53,326 nucleotides of DNA from Candidatus Moraniibacteriota bacterium (GTDB taxonomy: Bacteria; Patescibacteriota; Minisyncoccia; Moranbacterales; UBA2206): contig JAAXWW010000006.1 of NCBI GenBank assembly GCA_013334765.1, positions 1 through 53,326 of the forward strand. The letters are read 5' to 3'. Position numbers and translations under genes: made by a program. Positions 10,325 to 20,130 of the stretch are shown piece after piece (position 1 is the first letter of the stretch; the number at the start of each line of letters is the position of its first letter). A model generated the notes under the pieces. It worked only from the letters and a program-made list of their open reading frames with translations, was not told the DNA's origin and made no database searches.

Positions 10325-10672
10325 TTATTGAATTAGTTTACCTTTTTTGAGAGCGCAAACGATCATTTCTTCCAATTCACCGCTTTCAAGCTTCTCCTTG
10401 CCGTCTTTCTTAATAAAGACTACCACATCGAGCCCTTTTTTCACACTATCGATATTTTTCCGAAAAATTTCCCTTATCTGACGCTTTATCCTGTTCCTAT
10501 TCACTGCAATTTTTGAAAACTTGATCCCGACCGAAACGCCTATCCGGGTCGCGCCGATAAGATTGTTTCTGGCCTTTATTCCTATAATACCACAAAAAAG
10601 AGGCCTTCCTTGACGATAAACCGCCTCAAAATCACCTCTTTTTATAAGTCTATTCTTATGGGACAACATCAA
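10325..10672 (-). CDS. rnpA: Ribonuclease P protein component
   Basis: RL....F..VY..G, RIGVSV, AVNRNRIKR; synteny with rpmH/yidC; start may be the ATG at 10669. Confidence 0.93.
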   Translation of the reverse strand: MMLSHKNRLIKRGDFEAVYRQGRPLFCGIIGIKARNNLIGATRIGVSVGIKFSKIAVNRNRIKRQIREIFRKNIDSVKKGLDVVVFIKKDGKEKLESGELEEMIVCALKKGKLIQ

Positions 10673-10711
10673 TGTTCTTTTTGATAACCGCCTGATACTT
10701 TAGGCGATTGT

Positions 10712-10849
10712 TTAGGCAGTAGTAAGCCTTTTTCTTCCCTTCTGTATCCTGCTTTTCAAGACATTTTGTCCTCCCTTCGTGCTCTTTCTTTCAAGAAAAC
10801 CATGCCTTCTTTTCCTTCGGAGGCTTTTTGGCTTATAGGTAACGCTCAT
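10712..10849 (-). CDS. rpmH: 50S ribosomal protein L34
   Basis: Below ORF-track cutoff; hand translation MSVTYKPKSLRRKRRHGFLERKSTKGGQNVLKSRIQKGRKRLTTA. Confidence 0.95.
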   Translation of the reverse strand: MSVTYKPKSLRRKRRHGFLERKSTKGGQNVLKSRIQKGRKRLTTA

Positions 10850-10927
10850 TGTCGTCTTACGCTTAACAAATTAGCATTTAGAAGTTTACCAATTAAAAAA
10901 ATAAAAGTCAATCTATCCGGCCTTTTT

Positions 10928-11077
10928 CAGGACTTGCGCATTTGCCTCAAAAACCTTTTAAATCGCGAGGCTGTGCGGAATCCGTCCTGGTTATATATAG
11001 TCCCATCCTGACTCTTAGGAAACTGCTTTCTGTTTCTGGCTAAGAAAAAGGTTTTTTCAGCAAACGCGCAAGTCCTG
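10928..11077. repeat. 150 nt inverted-repeat element in the rpmH-dnaA spacer
   Basis: Arms CAGGACTTGCGCATTTGC..AAAAACCTTTT / AAAAGGTTTTT..GCAAACGCGCAAGTCCTG; outer 14 nt shared with the element at 45440-45592. Confidence 0.75.
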
Positions 11078-11143
11078 TTTCCAATGTGTCGAATGTGCTT
11101 GTTTTTCCCTGACATCCGGCTGCTTTTCGGCTATAGGCACATG

Positions 11144-11164
11144 TTATCAACATGCTTATCCACA
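11144..11164 (+). promoter_or_regulatory. DnaA boxes upstream of dnaA
   Basis: TTATCAACA (11144-11152) and consensus TTATCCACA (11156-11164); extended -10 TGCTATACT at 11192-11200. Confidence 0.8.
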
Positions 11165-11276
11165 CATCCATTGTAATGTTCTTTTTTTTCATGCTATACT
11201 TTTTTTAAACAAATCCACGGGGGCCATAGAATTATCTATCGGGATATTTGTCTTTATAAAATAACCCTTTATTATT

Positions 11277-12650
11277 ATGGTTAACGAGGAACTTTGGCAG
11301 GCAGCCCTAGCTGAAATCGAGCTATCCATTTCCAAGGCGAATTTCATCACTTGGTTCAAAAACACTTCTATCATATCCAATGAGAACGGACATGTCGTCA
11401 TTGGAGTTCCGAACGGTTTTGCCAAAGAATGGCTTGAAAACAAGTATAATTTGTATATTTTAAGGGCTCTTGGCAATATCCAGCCTGAAATAAAGAGCGT
11501 TTCCTGTGTTATTTCCACACCTACTGAGACAAAAACAGTCAATGAGGCCCCGCAGATGGTCGACGCCATAATCGCGCCTAAAAAACCTTTCCCGCGGGAA
11601 ATAGCCGCTCCGATAAGCTTCGAAACCAACCTCAATCCGCGCTATGCTTTTGATAATTTCATTATCGGAGGCAATAATGAGCTTGCCCGGGCTGCTTGTT
11701 TCGCTGTTTCGCAGAATATCGGCCGGATATATAACCCGCTTTTCATTTATGGCGGAGTCGGGCTCGGCAAAACCCATCTGATCCAGTCCATCGGCAATGA
11801 AATCTTAAAGAATAATCCCCAAAGCAAGGTAAAATACATCACTTCGGAAAGATTCACTAGTGAACTGATCGATTCCATAAAAAACCAGAAAATCAATGAA
11901 TTCAAGGAATATTATCAGAAAATGGACCTTCTTATCATCGATGATATCCAGTTCATTTCAGGAAAAGAGAAGACTCAGGAGGAATTTTTCCATATTTTCA
12001 ATCATTTATACCAACTGAACAAGCAGATCGTCCTTAGCAGCGACCGCCCCCCGAAAGCCATCCAGATACTGGAAGAAAGGCTTAGATCAAGGTTTGAAGG
12101 CGGTATGATCGCCGATGTGACTCAACCGGATTTTGAAACAAGAATGGCTATTTTGGAAAAGAAGATCGTGGATGATAACATCCGCATCAGTCCCGAGGCT
12201 ATCAAGTTCATTGCCAGCAATATAAAGAACAATATCCGCGAACTGGAGGGAGCGCTTAACCGGGTAGTCGTTTCAGCTCAGCTGACCAATAAGGAAATTA
12301 CCGATGAATTCGTTGCTAATCAGCTCTCGGAAATAATTTCCAGTGGCAAAAAGAAAGGAATAACCCATAAGCATATATTGAAAGCTGTTTCTGAATTTTA
12401 TGATATCCATATTGATGATCTGGTAGCGAAAAATCGCAAACAGGACGTGGTTCGTCCGCGCCAAATCGCGATGTATCTCATGAGAAGCGAACTCCAGTTC
12501 TCATATCCGGGAATCGGTGAGAAATTAGGCGGAAGGGATCATACTACAGCGATCCATGCTTTTGAAAAGATTGCCAAAGCCTTATCATCTGATGAGAAAC
12601 TGATCAAAGAGATAGGCGAACTTCGCGAACAGCTCTACCAAATAAACTGA
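11277..12650 (+). CDS. dnaA: Chromosomal replication initiator DnaA
   Basis: YNPLFIYGGVGLGKTHL, LLIIDDIQF, RLRSRFEGG, GGRDHTT. Confidence 0.99.
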   Translation: MVNEELWQAALAEIELSISKANFITWFKNTSIISNENGHVVIGVPNGFAKEWLENKYNLYILRALGNIQPEIKSVSCVISTPTETKTVNEAPQMVDAIIAPKKPFPREIAAPISFETNLNPRYAFDNFIIGGNNELARAACFAVSQNIGRIYNPLFIYGGVGLGKTHLIQSIGNEILKNNPQSKVKYITSERFTSELIDSIKNQKINEFKEYYQKMDLLIIDDIQFISGKEKTQEEFFHIFNHLYQLNKQIVLSSDRPPKAIQILEERLRSRFEGGMIADVTQPDFETRMAILEKKIVDDNIRISPEAIKFIASNIKNNIRELEGALNRVVVSAQLTNKEITDEFVANQLSEIISSGKKKGITHKHILKAVSEFYDIHIDDLVAKNRKQDVVRPRQIAMYLMRSELQFSYPGIGEKLGGRDHTTAIHAFEKIAKALSSDEKLIKEIGELREQLYQIN

Positions 12651-12947
12651 AAGTACGAATAACCTGTGGATAACGTATTGATATCCTTAGCAAATACCGT
12701 CTAATAACCTCCTACTCCTGTTGTTATTATCCTGTAACGCTTGCCACCATTAATCATAACCGTCTTAGATATCAACACTACCAAAAACCCTCCTCCTCCA
12801 ATTTATCCCTCTATTATCCACAGATTTTTCAGCTTAAATAAGCCTATATAAATACTTATCCCCTCATAATAGAATCATAGTAATAATAGTAGTTAATTAA
12901 AATATATATAATATAACTATTAAATACATTAGGTATATCATAATCCT
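12651..12947. other. Replication origin oriC
   Basis: dnaA-dnaN spacer with perfect DnaA boxes TGTGGATAA (12665-12673) and TTATCCACA (12814-12822), trio-like TAGTAATAATAGTAG and a very AT-rich unwinding region ~12865-12940. Confidence 0.85.
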
Positions 12948-14108
12948 ATGAAACTTATCTGCACACAGGACAATCTTAAAAAAGCGATCTCTAGCTCTGA
13001 AAGGATGGTTTCCAAACAGAATACTTTGCCGATCCTGAATGCCATCCTTTTTGAAGCGGATAAAGGATCGCTCAGGCTTTCAGCGACTAATCTGGAAATG
13101 GGTATCCAGATAAAGATAGGGGCTAAAGTCGAAAAAGAAGGAAAAATAGCGGTTCCAGCCAAGCTTATTAGTAATTTTTCGGCTAATTTGCCTGAAGGCG
13201 AGAGTGTCAGTTTGGAACTGGATGAACAGAATCTTAAAATAAAAAGCGGCAGGACGCAGGCTACCATAAAAAGCTTCCTTGCAGGTGATTTTCCATTGAT
13301 TCCTAAAAAAACGACGGAAAGCCTTTTTGAGATAAATACTGATAATTTCAAGAAGATCATAAATAGGATAATCGTATCAGTGGCTCATGGCGAGGCAAGG
13401 CAGGAACTTAGTGGGGTCAATATAATTTTCAATAAGGAAGATATATGCTTTGCATCGACTGACAGTTTCCGTCTTACGGAATATTCATTCAAGCTTAGTG
13501 ATAAGAATAATATCAATAAGGATAGCTATAATGCTTTTATTGATAAGAATGTCAGTATTATTATTCCAGCCGCGACACTGATAGAAATGGGAAGGATTAT
13601 TTCCAATAATCTTTCGGATATCATAAAAGTCACTTTAGAAGAAGGACAGATATTTTTCGAAATAGGCGGAGCGAGAATAGTTTCCAGGCTTATCAATGGC
13701 AAGTATCCGGAATATAAGCATATTATGCCGACGAATTTCAAGACTACGATCATCGGCGATAAAGCTCAGATTCAGAATGCTATAAAGATGGCTAGTTTGT
13801 TTGCGCCTGGGAAATCTAGCGATATAACCTTGAAAATCAATCAGGAAACCGGGAATGTTTCCATAGGCGCTAGGAGTGCTGAGGCGGGGGAAAACGCCAC
13901 AGAGATTGATTTTGAGGCGCTAGGCGAGTCTCAGGAGATTATTTTCAACTCGAAATATCTTTTGGATGGCATAAATATGATTGAAAGTTCCAAGGTGGCT
14001 CTTTTGGCTAATTCTGAAACAGCCCCGGTTGCTATAAAGGAAGTCGATCAAAACACTAATAATATCCTAGAAGGCTATACTTATATAGTGATGCCGATAA
14101 AGAATTAA
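12948..14108 (+). CDS. dnaN: DNA polymerase III beta clamp
   Basis: TLPIL, ATNLE, STDSFRL, SRLI.GKYP.Y, C-terminal VMPIK. Confidence 0.98.
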   Translation: MKLICTQDNLKKAISSSERMVSKQNTLPILNAILFEADKGSLRLSATNLEMGIQIKIGAKVEKEGKIAVPAKLISNFSANLPEGESVSLELDEQNLKIKSGRTQATIKSFLAGDFPLIPKKTTESLFEINTDNFKKIINRIIVSVAHGEARQELSGVNIIFNKEDICFASTDSFRLTEYSFKLSDKNNINKDSYNAFIDKNVSIIIPAATLIEMGRIISNNLSDIIKVTLEEGQIFFEIGGARIVSRLINGKYPEYKHIMPTNFKTTIIGDKAQIQNAIKMASLFAPGKSSDITLKINQETGNVSIGARSAEAGENATEIDFEALGESQEIIFNSKYLLDGINMIESSKVALLANSETAPVAIKEVDQNTNNILEGYTYIVMPIKN

Positions 14109-14117
14109 TATATAAGC

Positions 14118-14402
14118 GTGAAGGCTCTTAGGTCTCTTCTTAATAATAAGAAATTCAGTTCGCCGACGGTTTTGGATGACAAGACCGTTTTTTATGTATT
14201 CAAGAAAGTGATCAAAGAGGATTTCGGGAATATCGGTATCGAGAAATTCGTGCCGGACTATTTCGCTAAGGGAATACTTTTCATAAAACCGGAAAGCTCC
14301 GCCTGGGCGGCGGAGCTTTGGATGAACAAGAAACGGATTATCAGAAAAATAAACGAAGAGATTGGTGAAGACGCGCTGAGCGATATCAAAGCGAAGCAAT
14401 AA
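14118..14402 (+). CDS. DUF721/DciA-like protein
   Basis: GILFI...SSAWAAEL......II.KIN pattern; located after dnaN. Confidence 0.7.
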   Translation: MKALRSLLNNKKFSSPTVLDDKTVFYVFKKVIKEDFGNIGIEKFVPDYFAKGILFIKPESSAWAAELWMNKKRIIRKINEEIGEDALSDIKAKQ

Positions 14403-14423
14403 ATATTTCCCAATCAATACTTG

Positions 14424-16949
14424 CTAATTGCTGACATCCGTATTGACGATTATCGAGTCGGAATCAGAATCCTCATTCACATCAGTGGCCTTCACTGATA
14501 TTTCCAATGAAGAATGCTTGTCACTGGAAGGGATTGTGTATGTGTATTCGAAAGATTTGTCTTGGCTTGATTTCAGTGTTAATCCGTTTATGCTGAGCGA
14601 TACTTTGGAGATATCATCTTTTGAAGATATGTCGGCCTTTATGTCGATCGAGCTTGAGGTTATGGTGTCCCCGTCTTCCGGGCTGTTTATCTGGACAGAC
14701 GGTTTTCCTTCATCATCAGAACTGCTTCCATCGCAGCTGTCAGGAGTGGAACTGGTCGAATAGCCGTTCGATTTCAGCCAATTCTTGACGGCACTGTCCC
14801 AGTTTTCGAATTGGGGATCGTCTTTTGGGTTTTTCGGCGCATCGCCGCGCGGATCATTCCTGTCGACATAATAAAGCAGGGAATGGGCATCGGTGAATTT
14901 CTTTTTCACCCGGTCTTTCCCATTGGGGCATGATCCGTCAGGAATGCAGTATTTCTTGCTGGAAATCTTGCAGACTTTGATTTCTTTCTTGACATTCAAT
15001 TTTCCGTCCAAGGCATCTTTGCCAGTGTTTTCGACTTCATATTTCGGGAAATCCTCGATAGGGGAATTCTGAAGGGCGGTATTCATGAACGCCCGCCAAA
15101 TCGGGGCGGCGACATATATTCCGTCTGAGCCGGCTTTCAATGCGGTGTTATTATTGTTTCCGGCCCATACGCCAGCCACTAGAGACGGCGTGTAGCCCAT
15201 TGTCCAACCATCCCGCCATTCATTAGTGGTTCCGGTTTTGGCGGCTACTGGGCGGTTAGGGAAACTCAAGGGGTTATTATCTCCGAAAACCGGAGCGCGC
15301 AGGCTGTTGGTTGAAAGGATATAGTCAAGCATCGAAACGTATTTCTCATCGATTACCCTGTTTCCGGGCTTGTCCTTGTATTGTTCTAGAACGGTTCCCT
15401 TGCTGTCTTCGACGCGAAGGATTGCGGTCTTGTCATGATGGACACCTCCGGTTGCGAATGTCCCATAGGCATTCACATGATCAAGCAGTTTGACCTCGCC
15501 TCCTCCGAGCACGAGGGATAACCCGTAGTCATCAGGTTTGTTCAGAGTAGTGATACCCATCTGGTGGGCGATATTGATCGAGTCTTTTATGCCTGCCAGA
15601 TAGAGGGTCTTGACTGCGGGGACATTGAGCGATCTTGCCAGCGTGTCTTTCATTTGCAGCAGTCCGCTGTTCTTGCCGTCATAATTCTTCGGATCATATG
15701 TTTTCCCGTCCTCAGTGCTGAAATTGGTGTCCACGTCCCAGATATTGGTTTCGGGAGTGTAGCCCTTGGAAAAAGCGGTCAGATAGACATAGGGCTTGAA
15801 GGATGATCCCGGTTGGCGGTCGCGGATAGCGACATTGACCTGCCCGTCGATGGATTTGTCGAAGTAGTCTTTTGAACCGACCATGGCGAGGATCTGTCCG
15901 GTTTTGGGATCCATGGCGACCAGAGCCGCATTGGAAGCGTTGTATTTGACGTTGTTAGCGGCGCCTTCTTTTACGGCTTTTTCCGCGGCCTGCTGCTTGT
16001 TCCAATCGAGGGTGGTATATGCTTTCAATCCTCCCTGTTCCACTGCCTGTTCGCCGTATCTGTTTTCCAGGTATTCTTTCACATACATGACGAAATGCGG
16101 CGCGGATATGTTTTCAGAGGGCGCTTTTATTTTCGAAAGGACGTCAACAGCCTTGGCTTCATCAGCTTGTTCCTGGGTGATATACCCAAGCTTCGCCATC
16201 TGGTTGAGCGCATATTGCTGGCGTCCGATGAGGGCATCGGTGTGGTTTCCGTAAGGGGAATAATAGGACGGAGCTTGCGGAAGGGACGCGAGGAGGGCTG
16301 ATTCGTCAAGGGACAATTCCTCGGCATGCTGTCCGAAAAACGTCTGGGCTGCTGCTTCGATGCCGTAGGCGTTGGATCCGTAGGGTATCTCATTGAGATA
16401 CATGCCGAGGATATCGTTTTTCGAGAATTTCTGTTCCAGCTCGATAGCCAGGATAACCTCTTTTATTTTCCTGATGAGTGTCCGCTCTGATGTCAGGATG
16501 GAATTCTTTATGAGCTGCTGGGTTATGGTAGACGCTCCCTGTTTGGCTCCGCGATGGAAAATATCGACGAGAGCCGAACGGAAAATGGAAGTTATCTTTA
16601 TCCCGTGATGCAGATAGAAGTCCTGGTCTTCCAGTGAGATGGTGGCGTATTTGACGGCTTCGGGCATCTGGGCGAAATCTATCTGGGTTCTTTTCTCTTC
16701 GCCATGGATGTCATAGAGCAGGTGCTGCCCGGTACGGTCATATATCTTAGTGGACTCGATGATTTTGCGACTGCTGACCGATCCGGGGCTGGGAAGGTCT
16801 TTCCATGCCCAGGCGAATACGCCGACGACGAAAACGAACCCGGCTATCGCCAGAATGCCGAGATATTTGAATATTTTCTTCCAATTCCAGTTAAAGCGGG
16901 ATCTTCTCGCGGGCCTCCGGAAGTCCCTAGGTGAGAATGCTTGCCACAT
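14424..16949 (-). CDS. Class A penicillin-binding protein (transglycosylase/transpeptidase) with C-terminal Ig-like domain
   Basis: EDQDFY.H.G, GASTITQQL, RKIKE; SSFK, SLN, KTGT motifs. Confidence 0.96.
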   Translation of the reverse strand: MWQAFSPRDFRRPARRSRFNWNWKKIFKYLGILAIAGFVFVVGVFAWAWKDLPSPGSVSSRKIIESTKIYDRTGQHLLYDIHGEEKRTQIDFAQMPEAVKYATISLEDQDFYLHHGIKITSIFRSALVDIFHRGAKQGASTITQQLIKNSILTSERTLIRKIKEVILAIELEQKFSKNDILGMYLNEIPYGSNAYGIEAAAQTFFGQHAEELSLDESALLASLPQAPSYYSPYGNHTDALIGRQQYALNQMAKLGYITQEQADEAKAVDVLSKIKAPSENISAPHFVMYVKEYLENRYGEQAVEQGGLKAYTTLDWNKQQAAEKAVKEGAANNVKYNASNAALVAMDPKTGQILAMVGSKDYFDKSIDGQVNVAIRDRQPGSSFKPYVYLTAFSKGYTPETNIWDVDTNFSTEDGKTYDPKNYDGKNSGLLQMKDTLARSLNVPAVKTLYLAGIKDSINIAHQMGITTLNKPDDYGLSLVLGGGEVKLLDHVNAYGTFATGGVHHDKTAILRVEDSKGTVLEQYKDKPGNRVIDEKYVSMLDYILSTNSLRAPVFGDNNPLSFPNRPVAAKTGTTNEWRDGWTMGYTPSLVAGVWAGNNNNTALKAGSDGIYVAAPIWRAFMNTALQNSPIEDFPKYEVENTGKDALDGKLNVKKEIKVCKISSKKYCIPDGSCPNGKDRVKKKFTDAHSLLYYVDRNDPRGDAPKNPKDDPQFENWDSAVKNWLKSNGYSTSSTPDSCDGSSSDDEGKPSVQINSPEDGDTITSSSIDIKADISSKDDISKVSLSINGLTLKSSQDKSFEYTYTIPSSDKHSSLEISVKATDVNEDSDSDSIIVNTDVSN

Positions 16950-17079
16950 AAAATAAAAGATATGTCAATTAAACAAATTTGTTCTAGTTTAACTGATTTT
17001 GGGGAAATGTTCAAGGATGTGACAAATGATGCCGAGCAGGTCATTTGTCGGCGATCCTATGCTTTTTCAATGCGCGTCT

Positions 17080-18282
17080 TTATTTTTTTTGCAGTTCCTC
17101 TTTGATAACAGATATATCTTTCTTTATCTGGTCTCCTATTATATAGAGAATCTCATCCTTTTTGAGCTTGCGGATTGATTTTCGGATAGCTGTCAGTTCG
17201 TCATTTATTATTCTGGCAACTGCGCCTTCTTTTTTCAATTCTTCCAGCATCATTTTTGCCACGCTTCCGGCTTTCTTGTCCCGAGTGAATATTTTTCTGA
17301 GAGACGGCCTGCTGATGGCCTTGTCATAAATTATATAAGAATCGAATAAGGGGGCTATCTTCCGGGTCAGGTCTCTTATGATGCCTTCTTTGCGGTAATA
17401 GGAAAGCCTTATGACGGCTTTCAGATGCCTCCCTTTGAATTTTAAGCGCAATGTCTTGGCGGCCTCGGAAATGCTTTTTATTTCATGAGCATAATCAAGC
17501 ACGACCGTATATCCGTTCTTGTCGAATAGATTGAATCTTCCCGGAACCGATAGCACTGACTTCTTTTTCAATATTTCCGGCCCTATCTTCAATGATTTCA
17601 ATATGCCGGTTATGGCTATAAGGTTCGATTCCGAAATTTCCGATCGGATTCCAGCAGGAAAGCTTGCTGAGGATATTTTCAGCAGCAAGGTGTCATTGAG
17701 GTAGATGCAATCGTTTTTCATGTAACACTTGCCTATCTGATCGGAGGAGCTATGAAACAGTCTTTTATTGTATGCGACTACGGACAAATCATTGCGATTT
17801 TTCCTCAATTTTGAAATCGCCTTATATGAAACGCTGTTTTTCTTATCGCCGGCATATATGAAGGCGGTCCCTCCTTTTTTGAGGTTTCCGATCAGCTTCA
17901 GCTTTCTTTCGAGCAGGTCTTTCTGATCCTTTATTCTTTCGCCGTCGATGTGGTCCCAATAGACATTGGTCAGTATGGCCAGATCGATATTGTTTTTAGC
18001 GAAAGACTCCCGGATGTTTTTCCCGGAACTGAAGCTGCTTTCCAATATGACATAGTCGAAACGGCGGGCTTCGTCGCTGCGTACCTCATTCAATGCGCAG
18101 ACATTAGCGGAAGTCTTGAATTTCTTCAGGAAGTATTCATTGTCCTTGATAATCTTCCCATTCTTAAATATGCCCTCGCTGCTTATGCAAAGCACTTTCT
18201 TTCCAATTGAGAGAAGCGCGTTATTGAGGGTTAACGAAAGGGTGGTTTTTCCTTTTGTGCCGGTGATAAGGATGACCTTCAT
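17080..18282 (-). CDS. Mur-ligase-fold protein resembling the cyanophycin synthetase C-terminal (M) domain
   Basis: ITGTKGKTT P-loop, VILESS, LTNV..DH, PGRFNLF, LDYAH. Confidence 0.8.
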   Translation of the reverse strand: MKVILITGTKGKTTLSLTLNNALLSIGKKVLCISSEGIFKNGKIIKDNEYFLKKFKTSANVCALNEVRSDEARRFDYVILESSFSSGKNIRESFAKNNIDLAILTNVYWDHIDGERIKDQKDLLERKLKLIGNLKKGGTAFIYAGDKKNSVSYKAISKLRKNRNDLSVVAYNKRLFHSSSDQIGKCYMKNDCIYLNDTLLLKISSASFPAGIRSEISESNLIAITGILKSLKIGPEILKKKSVLSVPGRFNLFDKNGYTVVLDYAHEIKSISEAAKTLRLKFKGRHLKAVIRLSYYRKEGIIRDLTRKIAPLFDSYIIYDKAISRPSLRKIFTRDKKAGSVAKMMLEELKKEGAVARIINDELTAIRKSIRKLKKDEILYIIGDQIKKDISVIKEELQKK

Positions 18283-18285
18283 CTT

Positions 18286-19239
18286 TTATTTATCGCTTAA
18301 TATCGTCAATGAATCCAAAAGTCCATCGATAAAGCTCTTATGATTTCTCATATCATCGCTCGGAAATCCTATCTGATCGTTGAGCTCGAATACGTAGGGA
18401 CCGTTTCTTGTCATTCCGAAGTCTATCGAATAAACCGGCTTTTGGAATTTTTCATCTACTATCGTTTTTATCTTTTCAGCCACATCCATGATTTCCTGCG
18501 GTATTTTTTCCAAAGGAACTTCTTTTATCGATCCGCCTTGGGAAGCGTTAGCAAGGTAGCTTCCTTCCCGGGGAGTCCTTATGTGGGACAGGACTGTTTT
18601 TCCATTGACTATCACGACCCTGAGATCATGCCTTCCATTGGAAAGACCCTCTATCCCGCATGATGTATCGATGAAATCCTGAATGACATATTCGTTGCCA
18701 GGGTCTAAGTTTGTTTTTCTCAATTCGGAAACTTTGTCTATGATGATCCCTTTACCTCCTAGCCCCTTGGCAGGCTTCAATACGGCAAGCTCGTCTTCCC
18801 TGAATCCATTCAGAACTTCTTGGAATTTATCGGTTTTTTTGAGTTCAAAGCTTTTCGGCATGAATTGCCCGAAATATTCATACATCTTGTTCTTGTCATT
18901 GCAAAGAATTTTGAAATCAGAACAGTTAAGGACCTTGCCGTCCATTTCTTTTGCGGGAAAACTGATCCCCCCGCTCCTGTCATATATAGCATCTGCGATT
19001 ATCGTTCCTTGCGTTTTCGCGAATTCATTTCCATTGAAAAAAGCAGGATCGTTAAAGGAGAGACCTCCTCGATAGGCTTCCGGCCCGCTTGCCAGATACA
19101 TATCGAAGCCAAGATCGCGCCCTTTCTCGAAAAAATAACGGTATACGTTTCTTTTTTTGCCGAACTTAAAAAAAGGGTCATTGCCGGGCCTTTCCTTCTT
19201 GAAATACATTACTATTTTTTTCCTTGGTGATATTCGCAT
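18286..19239 (-). CDS. ATP-grasp ligase (RimK/YheC-like)
   Basis: DK, VLKP..GLGGKGI, VIQDFI, DLRV, LANASQGG, SIDF, VFELN. Confidence 0.85.
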   Translation of the reverse strand: MRISPRKKIVMYFKKERPGNDPFFKFGKKRNVYRYFFEKGRDLGFDMYLASGPEAYRGGLSFNDPAFFNGNEFAKTQGTIIADAIYDRSGGISFPAKEMDGKVLNCSDFKILCNDKNKMYEYFGQFMPKSFELKKTDKFQEVLNGFREDELAVLKPAKGLGGKGIIIDKVSELRKTNLDPGNEYVIQDFIDTSCGIEGLSNGRHDLRVVIVNGKTVLSHIRTPREGSYLANASQGGSIKEVPLEKIPQEIMDVAEKIKTIVDEKFQKPVYSIDFGMTRNGPYVFELNDQIGFPSDDMRNHKSFIDGLLDSLTILSDK

Positions 19240-20129
19240 AGATAATCAGCTAAGACGCTTGTTTCATCGGATACCTTTTCATCATAAGTGAATGCGGGGG
19301 AGCGGTTGACTTCGAATATGAACGGATCGTTGTTTTTATCGACAACCACATCGACCCCGGCAACCTGTATGTTCGTAAGTTTCGCCGCAGCGACGGCTAC
19401 GCTTTTTATAAAAGGGGGAACCTTGGATAAATCCATAAATTCTTCGGAAGCGCCGAGATGCACGTTGTTCCTGAATTCTTCCTTCTTATCCGGCCTTTCT
19501 CTCTTTATGACGCAGGCCGCCTCATCGCCTAATACGAGGACTCGGTAATCGAAATCATTAGGGATGAATTCCTGCAGTATTATTTCCTCCTCGGGGTTTT
19601 TTCTTGTTATTTCCAGGGCCTCCTCCTTGTTCTTGGCCAGAAACACCCCTAGTCCTTTTCTGCTTTGTGAAAATTTGACAACCATGGGGAGTCCTAGGAA
19701 TTTTTCAGCGCGGTTCATGGAAAAGCTGTCGTATTGAGAAGAAAAATATGTTTTCGGAACGGGAATGCCGGCGCTTGAAAGAAAAAACATCTGGCTTAAT
19801 TTTCCAGGATCATTGCTATTTTCGTAAAGCTTGTCAATGAAAAGAATTCCGTTCTTCTTGGCGATATTGGATAATATCGAGGCCAAGCTCCGTTTCTTTC
19901 CTACCCGCCTGAAAAAAACGGCTTTGTATCGCGATAAAGGCTTCTTGTCTATGAAAGCCTCGCTAGCCTCATTGCTTATGAACAGCTCTATTTTTTCCAT
20001 GCTGGATATTTCCGTTTCTATGCCTTTTTCGGTCAGTTTCCGGATCAGCATGTCTATGCCCTTCTGCGTCTCCGGACTTGATTCCTGTTTGCTTTTCAAT
20101 ATGAGCAGCATATGTTTTGATTTTGACAA
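19212..20129 (-). CDS. RimK-family ATP-grasp ligase
   Basis: GIPVPKT, PMVVK...RKGLGV, LQEFI, DYRVLVLG, FRNNVHLG, AGVDV, FEVN.SP. Confidence 0.88.
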   Translation of the reverse strand: MSKSKHMLLILKSKQESSPETQKGIDMLIRKLTEKGIETEISSMEKIELFISNEASEAFIDKKPLSRYKAVFFRRVGKKRSLASILSNIAKKNGILFIDKLYENSNDPGKLSQMFFLSSAGIPVPKTYFSSQYDSFSMNRAEKFLGLPMVVKFSQSRKGLGVFLAKNKEEALEITRKNPEEEIILQEFIPNDFDYRVLVLGDEAACVIKRERPDKKEEFRNNVHLGASEEFMDLSKVPPFIKSVAVAAAKLTNIQVAGVDVVVDKNNDPFIFEVNRSPAFTYDEKVSDETSVLADYLCEYHQGKK

Positions 20130-20130
20130 A

